A DNA stretch of 64,000 nt from Rebecca billardiae RCC1528 (lineage: Eukaryota; Protista; Haptophyta), in the NCBI GenBank assembly GCA_965240325.2, contig OZ251223.1, positions 4,402,001 through 4,466,000 of the forward strand. The letters run 5' to 3'. The notes below the pieces were generated by a model. The model ran no database searches. It saw only the letters and a program-made list of their open reading frames with translations, and was not told where the DNA came from. Both the position numbers and the translations under genes were made by a program. The first letter of the stretch is position 1; the number at the start of each line of letters is the position of its first letter. Shown piece by piece: positions 36,471 through 48,049 of the stretch.

Positions 36471-39199
36471 GAGTGGCCACCGCCAGTGACGACTCGTCAG
36501 CATGCCGATTCTTTCTGACCGAGTCGCACTGCTTGACTGCTGCTGTTACTATGTGACTGCTGCTGCGAGCGCAGAGCCTGGCACGCAGCTGCTGCGCGCG
36601 CATGCTATATACTCATATTATATAGCGTCGGGCCGGCCGGCCGGCCAGCCGCGGAGCCATAAGCCCGATTGATGACGACTACTTCAATATATTAAATACT
36701 ACGAGAAAGAATTATAGTGACGAATAATAAATTACAGCAGGCAATCGCGGGCAATAAGAAGTCAGAGATCTCACGGCTAGTAGTCTCGGTTTCTTAGCCG
36801 TTCGGTAGCCCGAGCGCCTACGGAGTCTTGCAGTTTCTTAGCGCTAGGTCCGCCCGCCGCGCAGGCGCGGGGGGCGGCAGGGGGGCTGAGCCCCCCGCTG
36901 AGTCTTAGGCCCGGCCGGCGAGGCCGAATAAAACTTTTGGGCCATTTTGGAGCAAATTTGGCATGATCTTGCATGGATGCTGCGGCGCACTGGCCAGGAG
37001 TCAGTCATCAGGAGAAGTCGGGACTTGGCCTGTACTCGTAGTCGGGCCGCGCGCCGCGTCCCACGGCGGCACTGCGCCTCGGCGGACCACTCGTGGCAGC
37101 CGCGACGACATCGGACATAGTCCTGGTTTCTTATAGTGTGACTATGCGTATAGCGAACCAGCCAATCGCTAGTCTCAGTTTCTAGGCCAGATCCGCAGAT
37201 AGCAAGCCCCAGTTGCTTAACGTTAGGTGGGTCCCTCCCAACTGGGGCGATGTTCTGGCGCACTCAGAATGGCGTCCTAGATTTCGTCTCTCACCCAGAA
37301 TCGACGCTATAAATGCGTCCCATCGGGGCGGAGCAAAAGTTTCGACCTCAAAACCTACTCCGCGTGCCGTCGCGCGGCCGAGCGCGCGCGCGCCGCGCCA
37401 CTAGTGTCACATAGAGATTTTGCGAAGCGTTACTTGATGGTTATGGTGGCTAGATGGCGACATGCGATCGGAATGACTTATTGGCAACCGTTGACACCCG
37501 ACCGAACCATTTTATGAAGCAAAGAGTGGGGCTCTATGCTGTGCGCGGATACCTCCAACAAACTACAGCAAGATCGAGCAGATTACCCACTTTGTATATA
37601 GCAAATTACCCGTATACAGAACGACGGTTACCCACTTTATATTGACCGTGGATGTGGCTCACTATATATTCAAATTCGTTCCGATATGTGGGTACGTTTG
37701 TTGGGTCATCGAATAGGCGCCGAGCGACGCGGACACAGGCAAACCGGGCCGCAACCGGACTGCCTGCGAGTGGCAGTGTTTGTGGCGGGCTGCGTGCCGA
37801 GGCACGCATCATCGCCCGCCACCGAGCATGCCACCGTCGTCACACGGGAGCCCTCCGCCGTCGAGGCTGGACTATCAGCCAACGCCACCGCCGGAGCTTG
37901 CCGCGCTCGGCGGCTTCCGTGCTCGTACTCCGCGTGTCACCGGTCGTCGTATGCCCACCCGCGTGAGGCCGCCACCAGTCCACGACTACCGCAGCTGCAG
38001 CCCATGCCGTCGACGATACCTCCTACAATCTTCTTGCCAGGCAGCAATACGATAGGTTCACCGACGCTGCTGCTAGGCTGAGAGCACTCAGCCAGTTGGC
38101 CGGCGAGACGTCAGATGGTTCATTGGTTGAGCTGCTGGCCTACAGTAGCCATCACTGAATGGCATCACGTTGCGGCTTCCGCTCGCTCAAGTACACCCAA
38201 CGTGACGACGAGAACGTGCCGGGCAATCATCAGACATGCGTCTGAGGGGTCTACCACGCCTAGCCGTAGATTTGCTGAGTACGAGTCTTCGCAGATAACA
38301 AGCGGAACGAGTGGGACCACCCGATGGCAGGAGCAACAGCGTGGGGTGGCACCCGCGCCTGTCAACGCGACCGCGTTCTGTCAAGAATGGACCCATATCC
38401 TGCGACCACGCTCGAGCACCGCATATTATGCCCACACTCGGCATAGGGAAGGATCGCTGAGCGCCTGCTGCCGCTGTCAAAGGCCCTGCTGATCTTCCTG
38501 GCGCTTGATCGTGCACACGGATGGCAAGTCAGCGTGCTCGATGCACATCGCGGCGGCTTCTCAGCATCCCAAGTCCTCAGTGCACCCATCCCAGGCCTGC
38601 TGGTCGATGATTGGTACCAACCCCCACCAAACACGCCCTCTCGGAAGTCGCCAATCGCTCACATGGCTCCCCGAGAGCCCGGGGCTGGCTGTCGTGCGTT
38701 CTCACGAGCAGCTTGCGCGCAGCCCAATTGTCACCTTCACGGTGCGTAGAGCTGCTCAAGATGGCGGGAGCGTCAAGAGTATGCACATGCCTGATGGTGA
38801 CCCATGCCTCCCGTCGCCTGACCCGCCTGTAGCGAAAAGTGACCCTGCTCGAAGGCACGGGTCGAACACCTGCCGATCGATTCAAGTTGTCTGTACGCGT
38901 CTAGCCGGGCGAGAGTCAAACATGCGGGCACGTGCCAGGCGGGGGATGTGTGACCACGGATCCCATCCGTGAGCACGCGCAAAGCGCTGGAGCGCGCGAT
39001 AGGTGTTGGCAGTAGTCTACCCGACACACGGCGGCTCGGTCGCGCTGGAGAGGCACTCCGACATCGTCGGGAGCGTTCAGATCGGACCTCGGCCGGCGGC
39101 CCGGCGATTTTCCCGAGCCGCGCCCCGCGCGAAAGAAATCCGGCCAGAGAACCCGGTAAATGTTTAAAAGACCGCTGGAAAATCGCCAGGGACCCACCT

Positions 39200-39536
39200 T
39201 GTCAAGATCCAACGTTACCCGGACTCGCTCTCCCGTGCGTACACACCCGGATCACCAACCGTCACACTACACCAGACTACACCGACATTCATTATCGAGT
39301 CGGGATCATACACGCGCCCATCATGGCCACTTTCCCGACTTACCCGTTGATGGCTATCAGTGCCTCCAGCACAGTCTTAGACGGCTCGGGATTCCTTCCT
39401 CGCCAGGGCAGTTCAGTTCCGTATCGCTTCACTGCACCTCGACTCTCGAGTCGAACTCCAGTCCCTCGGGGCATCCTCGCCCCCCTCGTCACGCTCTCGG
39501 GCCTCACGGCCCTGTCGCTCTCTTCACCCTTTGACA
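39200..39536 (+). repeat. 5' LTR
   Basis: TG...CA ends. Identical to the 3' LTR except for two compensating 7-nt indels near 39438-39460. Confidence 0.97.
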
Positions 39537-42500
39537 TGGCGGAGCCGCCGGGTGGCGACATGCGTGACCAGCTCCCGCCGCGAGCTCTCGTCCTCAAGCC
39601 GCAGGACCTCCGCACGGCCATCTCCGTTCTTGTGGTCATGGTCACGTCGAAGCCGGACATGGACGTCGCGCTCGCGTTCTCCAACCCGTCCTCGCCCCTC
39701 GAGCCGGGCAAGGACGATACCGGCGCGGACAAGCCCATCGTCTGCCCCCCGTCCACCGCCGCCGCCACCATCCAGGCCAAGCAGCTGCGCACGCAGGCTT
39801 TCATCGTGCAGTTGCTTCTCAAGGCGGTCGCTCCTCGCATCCTCGACCCGATCATCGCGCAGTTGCAGCACTCTGGTCTCGGGCTCGAGCTGTCTCATCT
39901 CGTCAACGCGCTCAACGTGCGCTGCAACAGCTCCCGCCCCTCCTCGCTCGTCGCCAAGCTGTACGCCCTGCTCTCGATCAAACTGTCGCCGAGCGAGAGC
40001 TTCCACGCCTTTGCTGCCCGCGTGATGTCCAACGCCACGGAGCTGCGCGGCGTCGAGATCAAGGACGACATCTTCACGCTCGTCGTGATCCTCGTGAACC
40101 TCTACGGCCGCAACCCGTCCTTCGTCAGCTCGGTGATCGCGACGATGAACGACCAGCCCATCTCGGTGGAGGATCTCATCGAGCGCGTGCACGATCTCGA
40201 CCGCGTCGCCGCCGCCGCCAACGGCACGAACCCCAACCGCCAGGCCGTCAACGCGCTCACCTCCAAGGGCCAGCCCGGCGCATCCATGCCTCCTACCCCG
40301 TGCAAGTACTGCGGCGGCATGCACTGGAACCGCGACTGCCCGAACCGCCCCCAGACGTCCACCTCGCGCTCCTCGGGCGCGACGCCCGCAGCCGACGCTC
40401 GCTCCGGCGGCGCGCGCCGCCCGACTCACAAGTCCAACAAGCTCCAGCGCGTGCCCTCCGCGCCCTCGCAGTCGCAGCCGCAGCCGACGCCGCAGCGGGC
40501 GAAGCCGTCGGCGACCACGACGCGCGTGCGGCTCATCCAGGACGGCACGCCGACGCTCAACGCCATCTCCATCTCGGGCTCGGCGTCAGGCCCCAACTCG
40601 CAGCCGGCGGCGACCGACGCCGACGCGCCGCCGCCGCCGCCCGCCAACTCGCAGCCGCCCGCCGACTCGCCGCTGTCGCGGGCGCGCTTCAACTCGCTGC
40701 CGACGCTCGTCCTCACGCCGTCGTCGCGGCAGCCCGCCGGCGCGCCGCCGCCGCCGCCGGCGCCCGCCAACTCGCCGCCGCCCGCCGACCCGCAGCTGTC
40801 GCGGGCGCACTCCAACTCGCAGCCGGCGCTCACCAACACGCCGCCGCTGCCGCCGCTTGCCGACTCGCAGCAGCCGGCGCTGTCGCTCATCGACCAGCAG
40901 CCGGCGCTCTACTCGCCGCCGCCGCCACTGTTCGACCCGCCGACGCAGGCCAGCTCGCCGCCGCCGCCCTTCGGCCCGCCGTCGCCGCCGACGCAGGTCG
41001 ACTCGCCGTCGCCGCCGGCGTCTGAGGCCGGCTCCCCGATCCAGCTCGCGACGGCGGCCGAGCTCGAGCGCGGCCAGAATGTGCTCATCATGGCGTTGCG
41101 CCAGTCCATCCGCAAGCCCGCCTCCTACGAGCCGTTCCACCTCAAGCCGTTCCGTCTCGCCAACCCCCCGGACGACCGCGACGACTCCGCCTCCGACTCG
41201 GCCTCGGAGACGGACGATGAGCTGCCGGACCTTGTCCCGTGCACTCCCTCGTCCACGACCTCGGCTTCGGACGCGGCCTCGGACACGTCCGACGACTGCC
41301 CCAGCCTGGACGACGTCTCCACCGCGGGCAACTACACCTACCCGCTCGGCCACCTCGGCCAGCTCGCCGGAGAGCCGCTCACGCTCAGCCCGTACGAGTT
41401 CCTCGCCGCAGCCGCCGCGGCCGAGGCCGAGATCCATCGCGCACGGTCTTTCGGTGACGCCGGCGCCTACATCGATGACCTGATCGTCCGGTACGAGCCG
41501 CCGCCGCCGCGGTTCAAGCACGAGGGTCGGCTCCGCGCGCTCTTCAAGTCCTCGCACGGTGCCTTCCTCTTCCTCGTCGCGCTCGCCGTCCTCGCCATCA
41601 TCTCGATCCTCACCGCGGTCACCTGCTGCGCCCGCACCGGCCCGCCCATCATCTGCGGCGTCTCCCGCTCGTTTGACCCGATCAACCCGACCTGCATCCA
41701 GCAGCCGTTGCTCGCCGATCCGGAGGAGATTGAGAACGTGCACTCGACGATCTCCTTCGCCATCGGCACGCCGTTCACAGGCGACATCGCCCAGGCGAGC
41801 ATCTCGATCATGATCGACACCGGCGCGGACACCACCATCGCCTCGACCGCGTTCTCTCGGTTTGCCGCCAAGTCCTTCCGCCAGTTCTCGGAGGCGCGCG
41901 CGGCGAACGGCACGCGGATCAAGATCAACACCTCGGCCTCGTTCGCCCTCGGCATGCGCTCGATCGACGGCGACCTCATCACGCTGCCGCTCATGGACGT
42001 CCCGCTCTCTCCAGACGTCCCGGGCTTCTACATGAGCGACACTTGGCTGACCCGCCTCGGCATCTCGTTCATCTCGCTCGCGGCGCCGACCACCTTCATG
42101 TCCGGCGCCACCCCGATCCACGCGCAGGGCGGCCGGTACCTGCTGTACGGCGACAAGCTCGTTCCTCTGCACGGCCGCGATCTCGCATGCGCCGTCTTCA
42201 TCCCGGACGACGACTCGCCGTCGCCCACCATCGCCGCGTCCGGCCTCCACGTGCCGCCCGCCCCGCTCCAGTCCTCGCTGCCGCCGCCGCCGGCGCAGCC
42301 GCCCACGCCCGACGGCGCTCTCGTCATCGTGACCATGGACCAGGCCTCGCAGACCGCCGACCTCGCGCCGGACGACGACACGTTCTGCGACGAGTGCTGC
42401 GTCGAGTTCAAGGACACCGACGAGCTCTCGCGCGTCGCTCACCTCCGGCTCGGCCACGCTCACGCAGCTGCCGTCAACCGCACGCTCGCCGCATCCAAGC

Positions 42501-45258
42501 ACCTCGGCGCGCGCAACCTCAAGTCGGACTGCTCGTGCGCGCTCGCCAAGATGAAGCGCAACTCGTTCACGTCCACGTCGCCCCGCTCGGAGAAGGCGTT
42601 CGTGCTCGTCCATGTCGACGTCGCCGGCTACGTCGACGGCAAGTTCATCGTGAGCCCGGACGATTTTGCCAAGTTCTACGTGATGGTGTTTGTCGACGAC
42701 TACACCCGGGCCGGCTTCATCTACTTCCTCGACCGCCGCTCGGACGCACCGGAGGCGATGCGACGCTTCATCGACGACATGTCGGTCTACGGCCACACCG
42801 TCAGCCGCTTCCGCGTCGACGGCGCCCCCGAGCTCAACTCGACCGACTGGGAGGGCATCTGCCGCGCCCACGGCATCGCCCCCAACCAGGTCACGCCGCC
42901 CGACACGCCGCAGCACAACCCGATCGCCGAGCGCTTCATCCAGACGCTCTTCAACGCGGCGCGCTCGATCCTGTTCCACTCCAAGCTGCGCATCGACGCC
43001 TACGCCAAGGACGCGCTGCGCCACGCCGCGTACATCATCCGCCGCATCGCCACGCCGGTGACGTTCGACAAGACGCCGTTCGAGCTGCTGCGCGGCTTCC
43101 CGCCAGATCTCGCTCAGCTGCGTGTCTTCGGCTGCGTCGCCTACGTCGTGCCGCCGAACACGCACTTCAAGAAGCTCGACCCGCGCGCCGTCATGGGCGT
43201 CTACGTCGGCCACGGCGACGACGGCCACATGGTGAACGTCCCGCCCAAGAACCGCACGCGCTACACGAAGGCGATCATCGTACGCGTGCCCGGCGACGGC
43301 CAGATCGTCCCGGACATGTTCATCATCTCGCACCACGTGCGCTTCGACGAGGACACGCTCTACGTCGACCACCCCGACGCCGCTCACATCGCGCGCGACC
43401 CGCTCGCCGCCGCGCCGCAGCTGCCGCCGACGTCGCCGCCGCTCGACCTCCATGCTGCCGATGTGGGTAATGGGGGAAGTTCCCACGGCGCCGTCCGGCG
43501 CCGCGATGGCGCTGGCGCATTCGGACACGCTGAGCGGGTGGGGGACGCACCGCACGCCTACGTCGGAGACGCTGACGACGACGCCGCCGGCGCCGAGGAC
43601 CCCCTCGATGTCGACAACGCGCTCAACGACGACGACCCGCCCTCATCTCGCACGCGCGCGCGCGCACACGTCAACTCGGTCGCGTCGCCGACTTACTCCA
43701 AGCTGCCGCGCATCTACGCGCTCCTGCTCGCCATCGGACTCTCGGACACGCCGACGGCGGTGCAAGCACTCAACGGCCCGCATGCGACGCAGTTCGCCGC
43801 CGCTCTCGACGCCGAGTACGCCTCCATCCTGGCCAACGACACGTGGGTGGAGGTGCGCCCGTGTTCAACATCAAGCGCGACAAGAAGGGCAACATCAAGC
43901 GGTTCAAGGCCCGCGTCGTGGGCAAGGGCTTCACGCAGATCGAGGGCATCGACTACGACGAGACCTTCTCCTCGGTCGTCCGCTACGAGACCCTCAAGAT
44001 GATCATCGCCATCGCCGCGGCCAAGCAGCGCCGCCTCTTCCACGGCGACTTCACGACGGCGTACCTCAACGCGCCGATCGACTACGAGATCTACCTCGAG
44101 CTGCCGCTCGGGTACAAGCCGAAGAAGAAGGGCGACGTCGTGCTGCGCCTCCTCAAGAGCCTCTACGGTCTCAAGCAGTCCGGCCGCAACTGGCGTCTCA
44201 TGATCGACGACTGGATGAAGGAGTACGGGTTCGCGCAGAGCCAGGCCGACCCGTGCCTCTATGTCCTCAACACGCAGTCGGGCATCATCGCCGTGTGCAT
44301 CTACGTGGACGACATGCTCATCCTCGACGACAGCGACGACCCGACCGCCTGCGACAACTTCATCTCGAAGATCACATCCTCGTACAAGATGACCATCACG
44401 GCCGACATCGACGGCTACCTGTCGGCCACGCTCACGCGATCCAAGGACGGCATCATGGTGACCGTCACCAAGAACATCCTCGAGCTCCTCGAGAAGACGG
44501 GCTTCATGAACTGCAACACGTCCGACACGCCGATGACCGAGGGCCTCAAGCTCGGCCCGTGCTCCGAGTCAGACGCGCTCGACGCGGAGACGACGACGTT
44601 CTTCCGCTCCGTGGTCGGCTCGCTCATCCACATCACGCAGTTTCGCCCGGACATCGCCTACGCCGTCGGCACGCTCACCCACTTCATGTCCAAGCCGGGC
44701 AAGAAGCACCTCGAGGCTGCCAAGCGCGTCATCCGCTACCTCGCCGGCACGCCGAACCACGGCCTCTTCTTCCGCTCGGGCTCGGACGTCATGCTCGTCG
44801 CGTACGTGGACGCCGACTACGCCAACGACCTCCACGACGAGCGCAAGTCTGTCACCGGCTACGTGATGCACCTCTGCGGCTCGACGGTGAGCGGCCGCCG
44901 CGAGAAGCAGCGCACGACGGCTCTGAGCTCGACCGAAGCTGAGTACATGGCCGTCACCTCCGCCGGCAAGGAGATCATCTTCATGCGCAAGCTGCTCACC
45001 GACCTCGGCTACCCGCAGCTCGCGCCGACCAAGCTCTTCGAGGACAACAAGGCGGTGGTGGACCTCACGGACAACGAGAAGTACCACAACCGCACCAAGC
45101 ACATCGACGTCCAGTACCACTGGAACCGTCAGCACGCCCGCGCCGGCACCTTCAAGCTCTTCTTGATCCCCGGCACCGAGAACCCGGCCGACATCATGAC
45201 CAAGCCGCTCGGCCCGGCCGCCTTCCTCAAACTTCGTGCTCAGATCCTGGGCATGTAA
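39536..45258 (+). pseudogene. Copia gag-pol polyprotein, frameshifted at ~43860 at the start of RT
   Basis: First frame: Zn knuckle CKYCGGMHWNRDC (40301), protease IMIDTGAD (41816), HLRLGH..CSC and integrase VHVDVAG/FVDDYTR/RVDGAPE/NPIAER. Other frame: KARVVGKGFTQIEGIDYDETFS, KSLYGLKQS, YVDD and RNase H DADYA..STEAEY..EDN..TKHIDV..ADIMTK. Confidence 0.92.
39537..39552 (+). promoter_or_regulatory. Primer binding site
   Basis: TGGCGGAGCCGCCGGG directly abuts the LTR and is complementary to a tRNA 3' end ...CCCGGCGGCUCCG-CCA. Confidence 0.8.
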
Positions 45259-45524
45259 GGCCTCGCCGCATACACGAAGTCCCAGTGCTACATCGGTCGC
45301 CGCTCGTCGGACGCACATTGACCTCACGCTGTCTCTTCTGAACGGAGACGCTGCCGGCACCGACTCGCCCGACTTCTACATCGTCTACTCGGACAACCGC
45401 TCCGACGCATGCATCCCATACGGCAACATCGCATCATCTACAATCACACGATGGTCACACGTCTACACCCAGTCCCTTCGGGTCGACCAGGTTTCGTACG
45501 ACCACCGCTGCGATTGGGTGGGGG

Positions 45525-45861
45525 TGTCAAGATCCAACGTTACCCGGACTCGCTCTCCCGTGCGTACACACCCGGATCACCAACCGTCACACTACACCAG
45601 ACTACACCGACATTCATTATCGAGTCGGGATCATACACGCGCCCATCATGGCCACTTTCCCGACTTACCCGTTGATGGCTATCAGTGCCTCCAGCACAGT
45701 CTTAGACGGCTCGGGATTCCTTCCTCGCCAGGGCAGTTCAGTTCCGTATCGCTTCACTGCACCTCGAGTCGAACTCGGAACTCCAGTCCCTCGGGGCATC
45801 CTCGCCCCCCTCGTCACGCTCTCGGGCCTCACGGCCCTGTCGCTCTCTTCACCCTTTGACA
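45525..45861 (+). repeat. 3' LTR (preceded by polypurine tract GGGTGGGGG)
   Basis: Direct repeat of 39200-39536. Confidence 0.97.
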
Positions 45862-46308
45862 CACCTATTAACGTGACAGCTCCTTATTGCCCGCGATTGC
45901 CTGTAGTCGCATCATCGATCCGACCACCTCCCAATAGGTTCAGACTCTATTTTTATTACTATATATATATAATTACCCGTCCCTTACTCAGATTTCAGCA
46001 GGCAGTCCGGGAGCGTTCCGGACACCTGTATACATATGCGAAAATGCTACCCGGGCTGGGTATTTAGTTATAGAAAATAGTAGAGTCAAAACCTATAATT
46101 GGAGGTGTGGCTGATGATCCATCTTAATGGCTGATCATCTGGCCGTCGTAATATCGTCCAAGGGACCGCCTGGGGTGGGCTCAGGGCTAGGCAATTGTAG
46201 ATCATCAGAGGCGGCGATCCCGCCGATTGCAGTGTCAAGATGTAACGCTCCACTGACCGGACTGGGGGGGGTGGATCGAAGCCGGAGCCAGCTGCTGTCA
46301 TCATATTC

Positions 46309-46428
<120 letters not shown>

Positions 46429-46855
46429 CTCTCGAGTCTCCGGCGCGCGCGAGTCAGCGCATCGTCACGGCATCAATATAATATGTCGATTATTATTGTC
46501 GTCGCCGATCCGAGCCGAGCCGAGTCATCAGCACCAGACTGGCAGTTGTCTGACAGTTGACTCACCCCGCGTCTCAGTCCGGGCTGCTCGGCGCGTCTGC
46601 CGGCGTCACCGAGTGGCGGCGGCACGGCCGGGCAGTATGCTGCGCTGCCCGGACGCATATATATCGGACGAGGAGACCTCGGCGCCGCGTCCGATGGACG
46701 ACCGATGGCGATGGCGATGCATGTCGGTACGTAATAATATTATATATATATAATATTGATTATACATGCCCGCGTGTCGTCGTGAACTGATCGCATGCGT
46801 AACTGTGACATCACGGATCATCAGCTGACGGCACTCCTACTCTGAGTCACTCAGA

Positions 46856-48049
46856 CTACGAGTCGTGCTGATGCGACGGCAGCGGCACTGCGCGCAGCCG
46901 CTGCAGCTCGATCAGCTTCGCCACGGCTGGCTGCTGCTCCTCCTCGTCCAGCGCTCGCCGGACGGCGCGGCTGCGCCTGCGCCAGCGCAGGTAGAGCGCG
47001 CCGCAGAAGAGCAGCAGCAGCACGCCGCCCAGCGCGCCCTCCGCGAGGCCCGCGGGGAGCGTGGCCGCGGCTGCGCCGATGGTGCGCCGCACGCACGCGG
47101 GCGTGACGCCGCTGCCGCGGCACGGCAGCGCGCCGCCGCGGGCGCACTCGACCGGCGCGAGCGCGCGCGCCGCAGGGGCGTCGAGGTACTCGTCGATGAA
47201 GCGCTCCATGGTGAGCGGGGCGATGCGCAGGATGTAGGCGAGCGCGTGCGTGTCCGAGAAGTCGACGCACTGCGCGGCCGACGCCCGGCGGGGCGAGTCC
47301 GGGCACCACGAGTCGAGCGCGCTGAACGCGCGGAACGCCTCCGCCCACGCGCAGCCCAGCCACGAGCGGAGCGCGGCCGGCTCGAAGCGCGCGGGCACGG
47401 GGCGGAGGCAGCCGTCGCAGGCGGGGTCGCGCGTGGGGCGCTGGAGCGCGGCGTTCCCGTCGTCGATCGTGACATAGTCGGCGCGCGATCTCACGTACTG
47501 CAGGGCGGCGGCGCTGGCGTGCGCCTCGTTCCACGCCGAGTGCTGCACGACGTGGACGCAGCCGCTCGCGCCGGCCAGCCGCGCCTCGAGCCTCGCCAAC
47601 GCCAGCGCGGTGAAGTCCGACTGCCCGCCCTCCTTGACGTACACGGCGCCTCCCGCGGACACGGCGCGCGCCCAGCGCGCGCCGACAGCGTCCCCCGCCT
47701 CCGCTCGCAGCCGCGCCGTCTCCGCGGCCGCGTCGTCGCCCAGCTCGGCGCTGGCTCCCGCGCGCAAGAAGCCCCCCGCCGTGCCCCACACCGCGCCCAG
47801 CACGCGCTCGCACGCTGCCTGCTGGAAGAGGCGCGCGTTGGCGGCGCCAAACGTGCCGCCCACCGCGAGCGCGTGCTCGCGCAGCCACGCGGCGCCGTGG
47901 CGGAGCTCGAGAATGGAGCGGTCGGCCACGGCGCTCTCAAAGTCGTCTGGGTCGGGGGCGCAGTCGTAGTGCAGGCTGATCACGTCGACGCCGGGGTGGA
48001 AAGCATCGGGCCAGGTACCGTTGCACGCGCCGGGCGTCGAGCCCGCCAT
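46856..48049 (-). CDS. Uncharacterised enzyme-like protein with C-terminal TM anchor (397 aa)
   Basis: Globular motifs ISLHYDCAPDPDD, VYVKEGGQSDFT, VHVVQHSAWNE, DYVTIDDGN and DFSDT. TM GALGGVLLLLFCGALYL followed by RWRRR. GC3-rich. Confidence 0.8.
   Translation of the reverse strand: MAGSTPGACNGTWPDAFHPGVDVISLHYDCAPDPDDFESAVADRSILELRHGAAWLREHALAVGGTFGAANARLFQQAACERVLGAVWGTAGGFLRAGASAELGDDAAAETARLRAEAGDAVGARWARAVSAGGAVYVKEGGQSDFTALALARLEARLAGASGCVHVVQHSAWNEAHASAAALQYVRSRADYVTIDDGNAALQRPTRDPACDGCLRPVPARFEPAALRSWLGCAWAEAFRAFSALDSWCPDSPRRASAAQCVDFSDTHALAYILRIAPLTMERFIDEYLDAPAARALAPVECARGGALPCRGSGVTPACVRRTIGAAAATLPAGLAEGALGGVLLLLFCGALYLRWRRRSRAVRRALDEEEQQPAVAKLIELQRLRAVPLPSHQHDS

Larger units (their letters stand above)
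39200..45861 (+). mobile_element. Ty1/Copia LTR retrotransposon, full length, 5-bp TSD CACCT
   Basis: 337-bp LTRs TGTCAA...TTGACA, TSD CACCT at 39195-39199 and 45862-45866, PBS and PPT present. Domain order PR-IN-RT-RH. Confidence 0.97.
37224..45867. mobile_element. ~2-kb TIR element (TAGGTGGGTCCCT termini) with 7-bp TSD TTAACGT; middle layer of nest
   Basis: TTAACGT|TAGGTGGGTCCCT (37217-37236) ... AGGGACCCACCT[Copia]A|TTAACGT (39188-39199 and 45867-45874). Interior is lower-GC with no intact ORF recognised. Confidence 0.85.
36735..45903 (+). mobile_element. TA-flanked MITE (~515 bp without inserts; Tc1/mariner-like), outer layer of nested insertion
   Basis: TA|CAG(CAG)GCAATCGCGGGCAATAAG at 36733-36758 and CTTATTGCCCGCGATTGCCTG|TA at 45883-45905. 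A second copy at 9567-10027 lacks the inserts. Confidence 0.85.

Noticed and set aside
38969-39535. N-terminal part of the 1677-aa ORF call
   Set aside because: It runs through the neighbouring element and the 5' LTR from a non-ATG start; Gag most plausibly starts at 39536 or 39560.
45259-45524. IVYSDNRS peptide after the pol stop, resembling an RNase H motif or an extra ORF
   Set aside because: Too short, no start codon and no further similarity.
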